A stretch of DNA of 64,000 bases from Chitinivibrionales bacterium (GCA_038247415.1 JBBRUX010000022.1:1-64000); one strand, 5' to 3'; counted from the first letter of the stretch, positions 10,262 through 22,035 are shown. Numbers and translations are program-made. Notes: generated by a model not told the origin, from the letters alone.

Positions 10262-10795
10262 TTAAACGGCGGATTCTACCGTGACTATTTTCTTTTTTTC
10301 AGATCCCATAAGAAGTAGTACCATCCCCGCTAAAAGATACACATCGGCCAGATTAAATAAAAAAGGCCAATCTGCAATAGTAAAGCAGTGAATATGGATA
10401 AAATCTACAACAAATCCATGCCGTAGCGTATCGAGGCTGTTTCCCAATGCCCCGGCAAAGATACTAGCCAACGCGCAGAGAAGCATGGTTGATCGTTTAC
10501 GTAACGCAAAAACAAAAAAAGGAATGCTAACGACAATGCAGATTCTAAAGATCTTTAAAAGTGTATCTATAAAAGATTCGTGCCCATCGTTAAGAATCCC
10601 AAATACCATTCCCCTATTTTCTGTATAGGCCACATCAAGAAAGCCTGGCACAACAACGCGAGGCACGACCCCACGCAATTGGGATTGCGCAACACGTTTG
10701 GAAATCATATCGCTAGCAAAACCAACAATCACAATACCAAAAATCAGGCACCACCGTGCTATTACGTGAAAAGTAGTTCGATTTTGTGTGGTCAT
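10262..10795 (-). CDS. lspA: Lipoprotein signal peptidase II
   Basis: D..SK, ENRGMVFG, GALGN..D, VVDFI, FNLAD motifs with TM helices. Confidence 0.93.
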   Translation of the reverse strand: MTTQNRTTFHVIARWCLIFGIVIVGFASDMISKRVAQSQLRGVVPRVVVPGFLDVAYTENRGMVFGILNDGHESFIDTLLKIFRICIVVSIPFFVFALRKRSTMLLCALASIFAGALGNSLDTLRHGFVVDFIHIHCFTIADWPFLFNLADVYLLAGMVLLLMGSEKKKIVTVESAV

Positions 10796-10923
10796 TGCTA
10801 TCCCCCATATAATAAATAAAGATGCGGATTATAGGCAGAAACATTCTTGCATTATGAAGTTGAAAACATGTTAGGTGTTGGGCACGCGCACTATTAAAAT
10901 GCTTTTCTCAAAGTTCAGAAGTA

Positions 10924-11246
10924 TTATAATTTATCATTTTTTATTTTCATCACTTTCCAATGTCCGCTTTTTGCAGAACCGGATCTTGTTAAATATCCAT
11001 CACGCTTAAGAATATGAATATTCTTTTCAATTGCTGTTGTGCTTAGCCCTATTCTTTTTGCCAATGCAGTTGCGGATTATAGGGAATGGAGGGATGCTTT
11101 TTGGGAAGTCGGGAAACAGGAATTTCTTCAGGCAGTTTTCCGGAGTTCCAGAAAACAATCTTGTCTTCGTAAACGCTTATCTGTATCGGAACGCCATCCC
11201 AATGGAGGCCATATCTTCTCATAAGAAACGCATCAAGTGTGCGGCC
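10924..11246 (-). pseudogene. Remnant of an AlbA_2 / RecG-C (HATPase_c_4) / winged-HTH family gene
   Basis: Manual translation gives LDAFLMRRYGLHWDGVP|IQISVYEDKIVFWNSGKLPEE...HPSIPYNP, then in another frame TALAKRIGLSTTAIEKNIHILKRDGYLTRSGSAKSGHWKVM. No N-terminus, internal deletions and a frame change. Confidence 0.7.
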
Positions 11247-11290
11247 TAAATAAAAAGCCCCCTACAAATGATATGCAGAAGGCTTTATTT

Positions 11291-11367
11291 TGGTACGCCC
11301 AGCAGGAATCGAACCTGCGACCTACTGCTTAGAAGGCAGTAGCTCTATCCAACTGAGCTATGGGCGT
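11291..11367 (-). tRNA. tRNA-Arg(TCT)
   Basis: Reverse complement ACGCCCATAGCTCAGTTGGATAGAGC-TACTGC-CT TCT AA-GCAGTAGGTCGCAGGTTCGATTCCTGCTGGGCGTACCA folds as a cloverleaf with encoded CCA. Confidence 0.96.
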
Positions 11368-11392
11368 ATAGTCGCCACTAGTATGTAAAAAA

Positions 11393-11466
11393 TCGGGGTA
11401 GAGGGATTTGAACCCCCGGCACCTTGGTCCCAAACCAAGTGCGCTACCAGACTGCGCTATACCCCG
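11393..11466 (-). tRNA. tRNA-Pro(TGG)
   Basis: Reverse complement CGGGGTATAGCGCAGTCTGGTAGCGCA-CTTGG-TT TGG GA-CCAAGGTGCCGGGGGTTCAAATCCCTCTACCCCGA. CCA not encoded. Confidence 0.96.
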
Positions 11467-11526
11467 AATTTGTGTCGACAGAAGAATTAAAAAGCTTATC
11501 AAAAATACTTGCGGGTTGAACAGGAA

Positions 11527-12366
11527 TCAAGGCTTCTCTTGATTATCGTATTTACCAGCTTTAATAAATTCCCATTCTTTGGCTATAGCATCATCATCGT
11601 GATGAAATGACGACACATAACAGGCATGCTTTTTTGCCAAATCGGTGCCATTCTGCATTGCGCAGGATAAGCCAGCAGCCTCGAGCATGGGCAAATCGTT
11701 ATCTGCGTCTCCAAAGGCGACGACATTACTCATTGATATATTATAAGAATTGGCCAAAGCCGTTAAACCGATCCCTTTATTTGCTGCTGGATTCATAAAT
11801 TCGAGGTAGTAATCCCACGTGCGAACAATATACACCGAATCGCCCCACAAATCCCTAAAGAACGCTTCTTCGGCATCAATTGTTTTAGGATCGGCTACAC
11901 AGAGCATTTTATGAGGGGCGGTGGCAGCTATAGTGTCCAGTGATTCTACAAAATGACACTGAGTATGCGTTTGAGCAAAGTAGAGGTCGGTCCACTCCCG
12001 CACGCAGTCGTTGGTTTGTGCATAGAGTTTGCCTTCACAATAATAATTAAGGGCTATAGGCCGATTTTTTACATGATCAATAAGATATCGTGCATACTTT
12101 TTGTCAAGAAGCGAAGAATACAGCAGCGGTGACCCATCAGAAGCTCGCCCAAAAACAGCCGCACCATTGAGGGTAAGAAGTGCTGGCTCAAAACCATACG
12201 CTTTGGCATATTGCGAAACACTTGAACCAAGTCGTCCCGAAGCAAGCGCAACAATTGCCCCCATCGATTCCATTTCTCGTAATGCGGCAGCATTGGCAGT
12301 CGAAAGCGATTTATCATGACGCAAAAGCGTACCGTCAAGGTCGAAGGCAAATAATTTATAGCGCAT
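11527..12366 (-). CDS. Cof-type HAD-IIB hydrolase
   Basis: FDLDGTLL, ASGR, NGA, NKG, FGDADNDLPM motifs. Start taken at MRYKLF. Confidence 0.93.
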   Translation of the reverse strand: MRYKLFAFDLDGTLLRHDKSLSTANAAALREMESMGAIVALASGRLGSSVSQYAKAYGFEPALLTLNGAAVFGRASDGSPLLYSSLLDKKYARYLIDHVKNRPIALNYYCEGKLYAQTNDCVREWTDLYFAQTHTQCHFVESLDTIAATAPHKMLCVADPKTIDAEEAFFRDLWGDSVYIVRTWDYYLEFMNPAANKGIGLTALANSYNISMSNVVAFGDADNDLPMLEAAGLSCAMQNGTDLAKKHACYVSSFHHDDDAIAKEWEFIKAGKYDNQEKP

Positions 12367-12425
12367 GTATGAAGCTAACAAAGAGAATTATGAAAAAAAT
12401 AAAATTTAAAATACATTGAGGTACA

Positions 12426-12968
12426 TTACGGGGATTTTTCGGGCTGTTTGAAATGAACAAACGCAGCATCTTTCATTGCATTATTAAACTCTTCTATTTC
12501 AGACTTTGCAGTCATATTAACCTGTTCCATCTTTGCGGCATCGATTGTGATAACACTGCCCGTATCATCATTTGGAACCGAAGTATATTGCTGAGCAAGA
12601 AGACGCAATTTATCGTTAGTTTCCCGCAAGCGTTGTACTAATATGCGAATCATATTGACCATCCAAGGCGGTATTCGCTGAAGCTGATTCTCAAAGGTTT
12701 TTTTTGTGATAATGGTGCATTCGGTAGCTTCTAAGGCCTGTACATTTGCAGACCGTTTACTATCATCAATAATTGCCATTTCACCAAACATGGCCTTAGG
12801 ACCAAGAATCGTAAGCTCTATTTCCTGTGCGGCGGAACCTGTTCCCGCAATTTTAAAAACCCTCACTCTTCCGCTATTGACAATGTACATTCCATCGCCT
12901 TCACAGTTTTCGGTAAAGATCATTTCGCCAGGCTTAAATGTCCTTGTTTTTGTCGCATAATACCGCAT
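12426..12968 (-). CDS. Cyclic nucleotide-binding domain protein (no HTH)
   Basis: GE.IF.E...GD.MYI..SG.V and FGEMA....RSANV phosphate-binding cassette, C-helix RLRETN, no Crp HTH visible. Confidence 0.88.
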   Translation of the reverse strand: MRYYATKTRTFKPGEMIFTENCEGDGMYIVNSGRVRVFKIAGTGSAAQEIELTILGPKAMFGEMAIIDDSKRSANVQALEATECTIITKKTFENQLQRIPPWMVNMIRILVQRLRETNDKLRLLAQQYTSVPNDDTGSVITIDAAKMEQVNMTAKSEIEEFNNAMKDAAFVHFKQPEKSP

Positions 12969-13064
12969 GAAATTTCTGCCCCCACAGATCAGGTCTTCCT
13001 TAAGCCGAAGTGCTCTAAGAGTATATCATTGCGCAAGAATTGTATGCCATCAAAAAAAGTAGGG

Positions 13065-14870
13065 TTATTTATTCTCATAAGAACTTGCTTCTGCCATGCG
13101 TGAAAAAATGCCCTGTGCCTTTACCAGATGGTCAAAGGTGCCCTCCTCAACAATCCGACCCTCGTCAAATACATAAATACGATCGACACTTTTTATGGTA
13201 GAGAGACGATGGGCAATAATAATTAATGTTTTACCTTCGATATTGCGCAGTAACGTTTCGAACAGCGTATGCTCTGTCAGAACATCCAGTGCTGATGATG
13301 GTTCATCGAGTATAAGGATTTTAAAATCGCGCAAGAAAACGCGTGCCATGCCAATACGTTGACGTTGCCCACCAGAAAGCTGCAAGCCCCGCTCCCCTGC
13401 CATAGTTTCGAGGCCATTGGGAAGGCTTACCAGAAAATCGTAGATTTCTGCTTTTTTGCATGCTTCTATAATCTGCTCATCGGTAGCATTGCGATTTGCA
13501 AACCTTAAATTATCAAGTATGGAAGTGTTAAAAAGAAAGGTTTCCTGATTCATAATTGCAATCTGCTCACGCAAGGTTCGCAAGCGCATCGAGCGGATCT
13601 CAAGATTTCCAAAAAGCACCTCCCCCTCATTTGCAGGGTACAAACCGAGCAACAAGTTGACAACTGTAGATTTCCCCGAACCCGATCTCCCCACAAATGC
13701 CACCTTCTCGCCCTTTTTTATAGAAAGGGAAATGTCACGAAGCTGCCTCTGTTCGCCCCGAGATTCATAGCTGAAGTTCACATTCTTTATTGCAATATTT
13801 CCATCTATCGTAAACGAAGTAACCGCCGGCTTCTGGTTTTCGATCTCATTGTTATCGAGTACTCCAAGAATCGCGGTAACCGATGGTGATGCCTGGACAA
13901 TCTGATCAAATGATGCAAAGAGTACTCCTATCTGCCCCAGCGTATGAGATACTAATGCAATAAAAGCAACTGCCGATCCTACAGTCATGGTATTGGTATG
14001 AATCATAAAGAACCCTACAGCAATCCATAGAAGTATTGGTGTAAATTCACCTATAAATTGCACCGTCATTCCAAATGTTCGCATGACAACAGAGTAGCGG
14101 ATATCGATATCGCGGGTATTTTGAGCATCAACAATAACCGAACGGCTCTGATTTTCTTCTACTGCAAACATGCGGATATGTCGGATACCGGCCATGAAAT
14201 CGATTATCGACGCACTCAGTCGTTCGTTGGTATTGCGCAGCAAATATGAATTAGATACCATTTTGGCCCTAAAGATACGCTGCAAAATCGGAACAACGGG
14301 GACGTATATCAAGGCTATGAGCGCTAACTTGGAATTTATCGAAAAGAGTAAGGGTATCGACATGCATATTCCAAAAACGGCTTGGAGCAGTACAACAAAC
14401 ATCCAGTCGTAGAATTGCTGAACCTTATCCATGTCCATGAGTAATTTGGCTGAGGTGCTACCGGTTCCCCGCTTATCGAAGTAAGAAATTGAAAGCACCT
14501 GCAATTTTTTAATAATTGCTTCGCGTATATTAGTAATAAGATGGCGGATTAAAAAAATACGGTTTTTGGCAGCCAGCACCGTAAAAAGCGCATGCACCGA
14601 AAAAAGCCCAGCCCACCCAAGCCCAAACGCAAGGAGATACTGTTCTTTTTTTAAGGGAAAGATGTCGTTGATAAGAAATTTTAAAGAATAAGAAAGGCCC
14701 TGATACGTTGCCATTTGAAAAGCGCAACAGATAAACATGCTGATATAAACCCATTTATACGATTTCGTATATCGCAATAAGGCAAGTAATTCTTTGACAC
14801 GCAATCTCGGGCGTTTCCCTTTTTCAGAAGCATCCGTAGAAGTAGAGGCCTGGGGCGTTGCTTCTTTCAT
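13065..14870 (-). CDS. ABC exporter, fused permease/ATPase (MsbA-like)
   Basis: 6-TM N-half, GRSGSGKST, LSGGQRQR, ILDEPSSALD, IAHRLST. ATG at 14870 overlaps the upstream TGA. Confidence 0.92.
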   Translation of the reverse strand: MKEATPQASTSTDASEKGKRPRLRVKELLALLRYTKSYKWVYISMFICCAFQMATYQGLSYSLKFLINDIFPLKKEQYLLAFGLGWAGLFSVHALFTVLAAKNRIFLIRHLITNIREAIIKKLQVLSISYFDKRGTGSTSAKLLMDMDKVQQFYDWMFVVLLQAVFGICMSIPLLFSINSKLALIALIYVPVVPILQRIFRAKMVSNSYLLRNTNERLSASIIDFMAGIRHIRMFAVEENQSRSVIVDAQNTRDIDIRYSVVMRTFGMTVQFIGEFTPILLWIAVGFFMIHTNTMTVGSAVAFIALVSHTLGQIGVLFASFDQIVQASPSVTAILGVLDNNEIENQKPAVTSFTIDGNIAIKNVNFSYESRGEQRQLRDISLSIKKGEKVAFVGRSGSGKSTVVNLLLGLYPANEGEVLFGNLEIRSMRLRTLREQIAIMNQETFLFNTSILDNLRFANRNATDEQIIEACKKAEIYDFLVSLPNGLETMAGERGLQLSGGQRQRIGMARVFLRDFKILILDEPSSALDVLTEHTLFETLLRNIEGKTLIIIAHRLSTIKSVDRIYVFDEGRIVEEGTFDHLVKAQGIFSRMAEASSYENK

Positions 14871-16063
14871 TCGACGTGGCATACAAACCCTTTCAAATAT
14901 GTTCCTTCGGGAAATGCAGTTCCAACCGGATGATCTGCGCTTGCAAAAAGCCGCTCTACAATTCGTACTGTTTTTCCAGAATCAAGAGCTGCATCAGCAA
15001 CAATTTTCTGAAACAATTCGGTAACCATGAGGCCTGAGCATGAAAATGTTACGAGCATTCCTCCTGCGCGAATCAATTTAAATGCTAACAAATTGATATC
15101 TTTGTACCCGCGACATGCTCCTTCGAGCTGCACGCGTGACTCTGCAAACTTTGGAGGATCTAGTATTATGCAATCGAAACTTTTTGCTTCGTTACGAAAA
15201 TTGCGCAAAACTTTAAATACATCTCCACACAAAAATTCTGCGCGCGAATCGGATACGCCGTTACGCTCGTAGAGTAGTTTTGCAAGTGTCAAGGCATCTT
15301 CCGAAGCATCAAGATTTACAACACGCGTAGCCCCACCCACAAGTGCCGCAAGTCCGAATCCACCTGTATACGAAAAGCAATTAAGCACTTCCTTCCCCTC
15401 ACACAAAGTGCCGACCCGTTTTCTATTCTCTTTCTGATCCAGATACATGCCCGTTTTATGACCCTTTACAACATCCACAAGATACACTAATTCCCCTTCG
15501 TTAACATCAATAACCGTTGGCGGGGATTCTCCATACAGCACGCCACATCGAGGTTGCAGGCCTTCTTTGAGGCGCACATCCGCATCAGACCGTTCGTATA
15601 TTCCCGTGGGGGAAAATTTCTCAACCAAATTTGCAATAATAGTATCTTTGAAATATTCCACGCCGGCAGCCAAAAATTGACATACCAAAAACTGGCCATA
15701 CACATCAACAATCAATCCGGGCAATCCATCCGATTCCCCATTGATAAGGCGATAGGCAGAATCGGTTACGGCATGTACGGTGCTTCGATACTCGTGTGCC
15801 TTGGCAATGCGTGCTGCAAAAAAATCGTTACCAACGTCTACCTTAGGATCAAACGTCCAGGTACGAATGCGTATTTGGCTTTGCGGAGAATACGCACCTT
15901 TACACAGCCACGTTCCCGATTGCGCAAAAACATCAAGCGTAGCCCCCAGGGGGATATCCTCTGAAATGCGATCTATCGCACCACTAAAAATCCAGGGATG
16001 TTTACGCAAAACCGATGACTCTTTATCTTTTTTTAGCACGCACGAGTGCATGACATTGTTCAT
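14867..16063 (-). CDS. rlmI: 23S rRNA m5C1962 methyltransferase (RlmI family)
   Basis: HPWIFSGAI PUA domain, ESDGLPGLIVD, GHKTGMYLDQ, FSYTGGF, ILDPPKF, FSCSG, DHP...YLKG. Confidence 0.92.
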   Translation of the reverse strand: MNNVMHSCVLKKDKESSVLRKHPWIFSGAIDRISEDIPLGATLDVFAQSGTWLCKGAYSPQSQIRIRTWTFDPKVDVGNDFFAARIAKAHEYRSTVHAVTDSAYRLINGESDGLPGLIVDVYGQFLVCQFLAAGVEYFKDTIIANLVEKFSPTGIYERSDADVRLKEGLQPRCGVLYGESPPTVIDVNEGELVYLVDVVKGHKTGMYLDQKENRKRVGTLCEGKEVLNCFSYTGGFGLAALVGGATRVVNLDASEDALTLAKLLYERNGVSDSRAEFLCGDVFKVLRNFRNEAKSFDCIILDPPKFAESRVQLEGACRGYKDINLLAFKLIRAGGMLVTFSCSGLMVTELFQKIVADAALDSGKTVRIVERLFASADHPVGTAFPEGTYLKGFVCHVE

Positions 16064-16076
16064 GAAGACCTAAATT

Positions 16077-16508
16077 CTAAGGGTTATAATACATTGTATG
16101 AAGTATTTGTTCGGCAGTATGGAGACTCCCGTGCCCAATTCCTGGGCAAGAAGACTTTTCTCTGTTCCACATATTCTCATTGCGCACAAGCGAAGACCAA
16201 AATGGATAGGTTTTGCATTGCAGTGGACGAAGCGCATAAATCTGGCATTGTTTATCCTGCAAAAAAATGCAGTCCCCGTTCTCAAGCTCTTTAATGCAAA
16301 GATCTCCACCCACAATACTGCAATAGCGCTCCAGAAAAACCGGTACCGAAAGCGTAAGGTCTTTTGCGATGAGATATGCATCTTCTTGGGTAATGCGAAC
16401 CATTCCGGGTTCACCGCTACAGCATGCACCACACCCACTGCAAGTAAAATGAAGACCCTCTTTAAAAAAAACACTTGAAAAAGCTGGAGGAAATTGGCTG
16501 GATTGCAT
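16077..16508 (-). CDS. YkgJ-family cysteine-cluster protein
   Basis: F.CSGCGACC, CIFL...C.IY..RP.QCKTYPFW, CPGIG. Confidence 0.88.
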   Translation of the reverse strand: MQSSQFPPAFSSVFFKEGLHFTCSGCGACCSGEPGMVRITQEDAYLIAKDLTLSVPVFLERYCSIVGGDLCIKELENGDCIFLQDKQCQIYALRPLQCKTYPFWSSLVRNENMWNREKSSCPGIGHGSLHTAEQILHTMYYNP

Positions 16509-16608
16509 AAGTTTGATCTAGGACGATAACAGGAAGTCTTTTATAAAAAATACTTCCTGGCGAAAGATCTATGAACAATATGCCGCTAAACTACCGAAAA
16601 CATTGAAA

Positions 16609-16636
16609 CTATGAGCCCGAAGAGACGGACTCATAG
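16609..16636 (-). terminator. Hairpin after terminal cheY
   Basis: CTATGAGCCCG / CGGACTCATAG inverted repeat directly after the stop, short T run on minus strand. Confidence 0.55.
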
Positions 16637-16638
16637 CG

Positions 16639-16995
16639 TTAAATCCCAAGTTTTTCTTTAAGCGCTTCTGGAGTAAACGGTTTCACGAGATAATTATTAG
16701 CTCCAGCTTTTAGCGCTTCTATAACTTTGGTCTTTTCGGATTCCGAAGTGCACATCACAATCTTGACAGCTGCATAAGCAGCATTTTCTCTTACTTTTTT
16801 AAGAAAAGTAAAGCCATCCATAACCGGCATGTTCCAGTCGAGCATGATATAATCCAGTGGCATATTGGCAGTAAGCATCGAATATGCTTCCTCACCATTG
16901 CCCGCTTCGATAATATCCGTGATGCCAAGGTTATTCAATTGCGTTCTCTGAATTCGACGCATGGTCGCAGAATCATCAACAAGCAGCAATTTCAT
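16639..16995 (-). CDS. cheY: CheY-type response regulator
   Basis: LLVDD, DWNMP, T, YLVKPFT single REC domain in che cluster. Confidence 0.9.
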   Translation of the reverse strand: MKLLLVDDSATMRRIQRTQLNNLGITDIIEAGNGEEAYSMLTANMPLDYIMLDWNMPVMDGFTFLKKVRENAAYAAVKIVMCTSESEKTKVIEALKAGANNYLVKPFTPEALKEKLGI

Positions 16996-17038
16996 ACTTT
17001 CCTCCGTGCACTATAATCGAGATTTAAATATTTCTGAA

Positions 17039-17497
17039 TTAATTTGTTTTAAGAGCCACTTCCATCGAAAAATCACCAAATGAGCAATTAAACGGCACCA
17101 CAAGTGTAGGCACGCCTTTTTGCCCGGCAATCACATGATCTTTACCAATGATAACCTGCGGCAAAGAAATAAGCAAATTGAAATTTTGAAGATGCTGTTT
17201 TGCATTGCCCGCTATGATGTTTGCAATTTCGCCAATACCGTCGGTGAGTTCGCTGCCAACAATTTTAATTTCGGAACCTAAGAGCGCAGATACAACCCGC
17301 AAGGCCATAATGCGTGGAAAACTTATTGCTATAGACCCTTGCGCATCCCCAGAAAGACCAATGATACCCGACACATCGTATGATGGTCCTGGCTCTTGTT
17401 TGGCATGCGGCCTCCCTGGTGCCACATCGGTATTGAGCATGGTCTTAAAGGTTGTAATCGTAGCTATAATAAACGGATTTACATACTGAACATCCAT
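17039..17497 (-). CDS. cheX: CheY-P phosphatase CheX
   Basis: YVNPFI, VSGIIGLSG, GEIANIIAGNAK (ExxN), ISLP.VI.G. Confidence 0.92.
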   Translation of the reverse strand: MDVQYVNPFIIATITTFKTMLNTDVAPGRPHAKQEPGPSYDVSGIIGLSGDAQGSIAISFPRIMALRVVSALLGSEIKIVGSELTDGIGEIANIIAGNAKQHLQNFNLLISLPQVIIGKDHVIAGQKGVPTLVVPFNCSFGDFSMEVALKTN

Positions 17498-17613
17498 GAT
17501 CCCCCCTCAAACAAAAGTTCATTATTGACAAAATGATTTAACTTGATTTTTTTATTGTACAATGCTTGTTTCATATTTGCACTACTTTTTTATCAGACTG
17601 CTTGTAAGAAATA

Positions 17614-19101
<1,488 letters not shown>

Positions 19102-19112
<11 letters not shown>

Positions 19113-19491
19113 CCCAAGCCCCCAGTGTTTGGAGTATGATATCGCGAATACTTTCTGGTGTAAAGGGTTTTCGTAGATATCCTTTAACGCCTTTTTTGCG
19201 CAATTCTTCTATACGGGTTGCGCTTCCTTCTGTAGAAACTACAACCACGGGAATATCTTTATATTCTGGATTTTTAATCATTGCATCAACCAGCGATATT
19301 CCATCCATTTCGGGCATATTAATATCTGTAAATACAATGTCTACCCAGGAGTCTGCAAGCTTTTCCAGAGCATCACGCCCATTAATGGCTTCTATAACGC
19401 TTTCGATAGGAAGCCTCGTCATTGCAAGCGTGCGCTGCAAAACAGCTCGAATAGTTTCCGAATCATCAACCACCAAAATCGTGTACGCCAT
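19102..19491 (-). CDS. CheY-like response regulator
   Basis: LVVDD, DINMP, ST, YLRKPFT. Confidence 0.9.
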
Positions 19492-19505
19492 ACATTACTC
19501 CTGGG

Positions 19506-20351
19506 TTACGCGTAAGCGTCGAGCACGTCCTTAAAACGTACTGCTGTTTGCGCGCATAATTTCTCAAAGGATTCTTTTGATATGCCAAGCCGGGTAGAAA
19601 TACCATCATCAATAAATATATTCATACCTTCATTGCCAATTCCGACTCCTATACATCGAGCAACTATATTTGATATCTTTACACAATCGGTAACAAGGGA
19701 ATCAGATGCATTTACAGTATGGTGATCACGAATGGCAACCACAAGAGCTTCGGGAAGCTGCCACATAGAAGCTATCGCCGCGCCAACATCCGCATGCGAA
19801 AAACCAAGAATTTCTTTTTCAGCAGCATCGCAGGTTACTGCCCCATCCTGTGCGTAGACATTTTTCCAAACTTCTTCCATGACATCGGGATCGGCATACC
19901 GGGCAAGCAAAAGCTTTCCAAAATCGTGCAAGAGCGCAGCAGTAAATGCCAAAGGCGGAACAGCACATTTTACATGAGACCCCAGCAATTGAGCCGCAAG
20001 CGCTGCAGCTACAGAATGTTCCCATAGTTCGTTTTCTTCATAGCCGTATGTTTGCAGCGGAAGCTTCATATATTTCGACGTTACTTTTCCTGCAATGCGC
20101 GCCAAAATTCTTCCTCCGCCAAGTCGGATAACCGCTTCCCGCACTGTGGATACCGTTGTTCTGGAACCAGAGAAAACCGAATTTGCAAATTGCAATACTA
20201 ATGCTGTGAGCGCCTGATCAAAAGCAATAACTTCTGCGATAGTATCAATAGTAGAATTTGGCGAACCTAAAACCTCAGCAAGTTTAACAGCGCTTCTGGG
20301 CATTGGTTCTATATCGTTGACACAGTCGACAAGGGCAACAAGTGAAATCAT
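19506..20351 (-). CDS. HDOD domain protein
   Basis: DQALTA.VL..ANS, LWEHS, ALLHDFGK, HADVGA....WQLP, HH. Confidence 0.92.
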   Translation of the reverse strand: MISLVALVDCVNDIEPMPRSAVKLAEVLGSPNSTIDTIAEVIAFDQALTALVLQFANSVFSGSRTTVSTVREAVIRLGGGRILARIAGKVTSKYMKLPLQTYGYEENELWEHSVAAALAAQLLGSHVKCAVPPLAFTAALLHDFGKLLLARYADPDVMEEVWKNVYAQDGAVTCDAAEKEILGFSHADVGAAIASMWQLPEALVVAIRDHHTVNASDSLVTDCVKISNIVARCIGVGIGNEGMNIFIDDGISTRLGISKESFEKLCAQTAVRFKDVLDAYA

Positions 20352-20830
20352 AGTTCTATCCTTTGTCCATGGCTAACAAACCACGAGGTGCCTTCACCAA
20401 CTTCTAAATACAGTGTTCGAGGAATATGACCCTCAATGTGTTCGGCAGCTATAAGAAGATTATTTTTCCAAAAGAGTTTACGCGCAATAACAATATTTCT
20501 TTTGCCAATATCAAAAAAATCTTTTTCTTTTTGCTCGAAAACCTGCGCCCCCCCGGCCATTGCAATACGCATATTTTCTTTAGAAGCTCCAAGCTTATAA
20601 GCTTCCTGAAAAAATGCAGGAATACCAGTATCACCAAACATATACGGATTTTTTTGAGCACGCTCGTCGTCTACTTTAGAAAGCGGGAGCATATAATGCA
20701 GAATCCCGCCAACATGATGGATTGGATCGTGGATAGAAATACCAATGCATGACCCAAGAGCGTGCGTTACAATCTGATCTCCCGGAGTGTTCGATAGCTT
20801 CATATCAGAAACGCCAACAGTATGTCTCAT
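20348..20830 (-). CDS. cheD: Chemoreceptor glutamine deamidase CheD
   Basis: LGSCIG, GGILHYMLP, AGGA, IGKRNI. Confidence 0.93.
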   Translation of the reverse strand: MRHTVGVSDMKLSNTPGDQIVTHALGSCIGISIHDPIHHVGGILHYMLPLSKVDDERAQKNPYMFGDTGIPAFFQEAYKLGASKENMRIAMAGGAQVFEQKEKDFFDIGKRNIVIARKLFWKNNLLIAAEHIEGHIPRTLYLEVGEGTSWFVSHGQRIEL

Positions 20831-20845
20831 GATGGTATCACAGCC

Positions 20846-21166
20846 TCATTCGTCGTGAGTCGCATGAACAAGCCCCAGTGTCTTTTCTAATGCGACCTGA
20901 CGTGCAAAAGTCGAAAGTTGATTTATAATAGCCGCAGCCCGATGTGTTGCCGATAAAATATTATCTATCCTTTTTGACAATATAACATCGATGGGTTCGC
21001 CATTGCTTTCTAAATTAGTATCTTTAATAATATCACCATAGCCCATTATAGCTCCAAGAGCATTATTAAGATCGTGCGCAATACCCTTCGACAAAATCGC
21101 AAGGGCTTGCGGCACAAACTCCTGCTCACGAGCTTCATCGAAAAAAGATTTACTATTTTCTTGCAT
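20846..21166 (-). CDS. Stand-alone HisKA (DHp) domain protein
   Basis: GIAHDLNNALGAIMGY H-box and RAAAIINQLSTFAR helix 2, no HATPase domain follows. Confidence 0.75.
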   Translation of the reverse strand: MQENSKSFFDEAREQEFVPQALAILSKGIAHDLNNALGAIMGYGDIIKDTNLESNGEPIDVILSKRIDNILSATHRAAAIINQLSTFARQVALEKTLGLVHATHDE

Positions 21167-21231
21167 ACTAGTTATTCCTATTATATATAGCTATACCGCT
21201 GACTATTAGTTACATTACCGCATAAACACTG

Positions 21232-22035
21232 CTATGGTTTGATATATACCGACGGCAACACCGACTTGAAGCCACTTAAAATTCCTGTTAAGCTTTCTGC
21301 ATGCCCTACAAATAAATATCCCGATGGCTTTAACAGCCTAAAACACTCCTGCAAAAGCCGTTTACGAACTGTATTATCGAAATAAATCATGACATTCCTG
21401 CAAAAAATAGCGTCAAAAGGACCACTCATTGCAAATGGTATTTCCGATAGATTCAAACGCGTAAATTTGAGTAACCCCCGCAGCGAATCTTTTGCGCTCA
21501 CCATTGTCTTTGCACCACTATGCGTCTCCGTAAAATATCGTTTCCGTAATTCAGCAGGAATAGATTCTGCTTTTTCGCAGGTATAAATACCTTCCCTACA
21601 TTTAGCCAATACTCGTGTTGAAATATCGGTGGCTAAAATTTTAGCATCGAATTGGCTATCGCTTAATTTTTCTGCTACCGTCATTGCTAGCGTATAGGGC
21701 TCTTCTCCACTGCTTGCAGCTGCACACCAGATGCGGAAACGTTTTTGCCCCGTCGATTTCCACTCGTCAAGAAGCTTGGATAATATTTGAAAGTGTTGTT
21801 CTTCGCGAAAAAAGCTTGTCACATTTGTTGAAATAATATCCAGCAAATTGACTATCTCATCTTCTCCGCCTTCATGCAAGACAAAATTAAGATACGCTTG
21901 TTCGTCGGTCATAGAAAGCTCTCTCATCCGTTTTGCCACGCGCGATGCAACAAGAGCTTCCTTAGATTCACTTATGGTAATACCGCTTTTCTGATACACC
22001 AGATCCCGAAAAGTATCAAAAACTTTTTTTTCCAT
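21232..22035 (-). CDS. cheR: Chemotaxis methyltransferase CheR
   Basis: TNVTSFFRE, WCAAASSGEEPYT, ATDIS, FCRNVMIYFD, GHAES. Confidence 0.95.
   Translation of the reverse strand: MEKKVFDTFRDLVYQKSGITISESKEALVASRVAKRMRELSMTDEQAYLNFVLHEGGEDEIVNLLDIISTNVTSFFREEQHFQILSKLLDEWKSTGQKRFRIWCAAASSGEEPYTLAMTVAEKLSDSQFDAKILATDISTRVLAKCREGIYTCEKAESIPAELRKRYFTETHSGAKTMVSAKDSLRGLLKFTRLNLSEIPFAMSGPFDAIFCRNVMIYFDNTVRKRLLQECFRLLKPSGYLFVGHAESLTGILSGFKSVLPSVYIKP

Noticed and set aside
11031..11249. Plus-strand ORFs 11031-11249 and 11039-11224
   Set aside because: Antisense to the recognisable minus-strand gene remnant and show no motifs.
16070..16478. Overlapping ORFs 16070-16474 (-) and 16098-16478 (+)
   Set aside because: Alternate-frame or antisense to the YkgJ-family gene, which carries the conserved Cys motifs.
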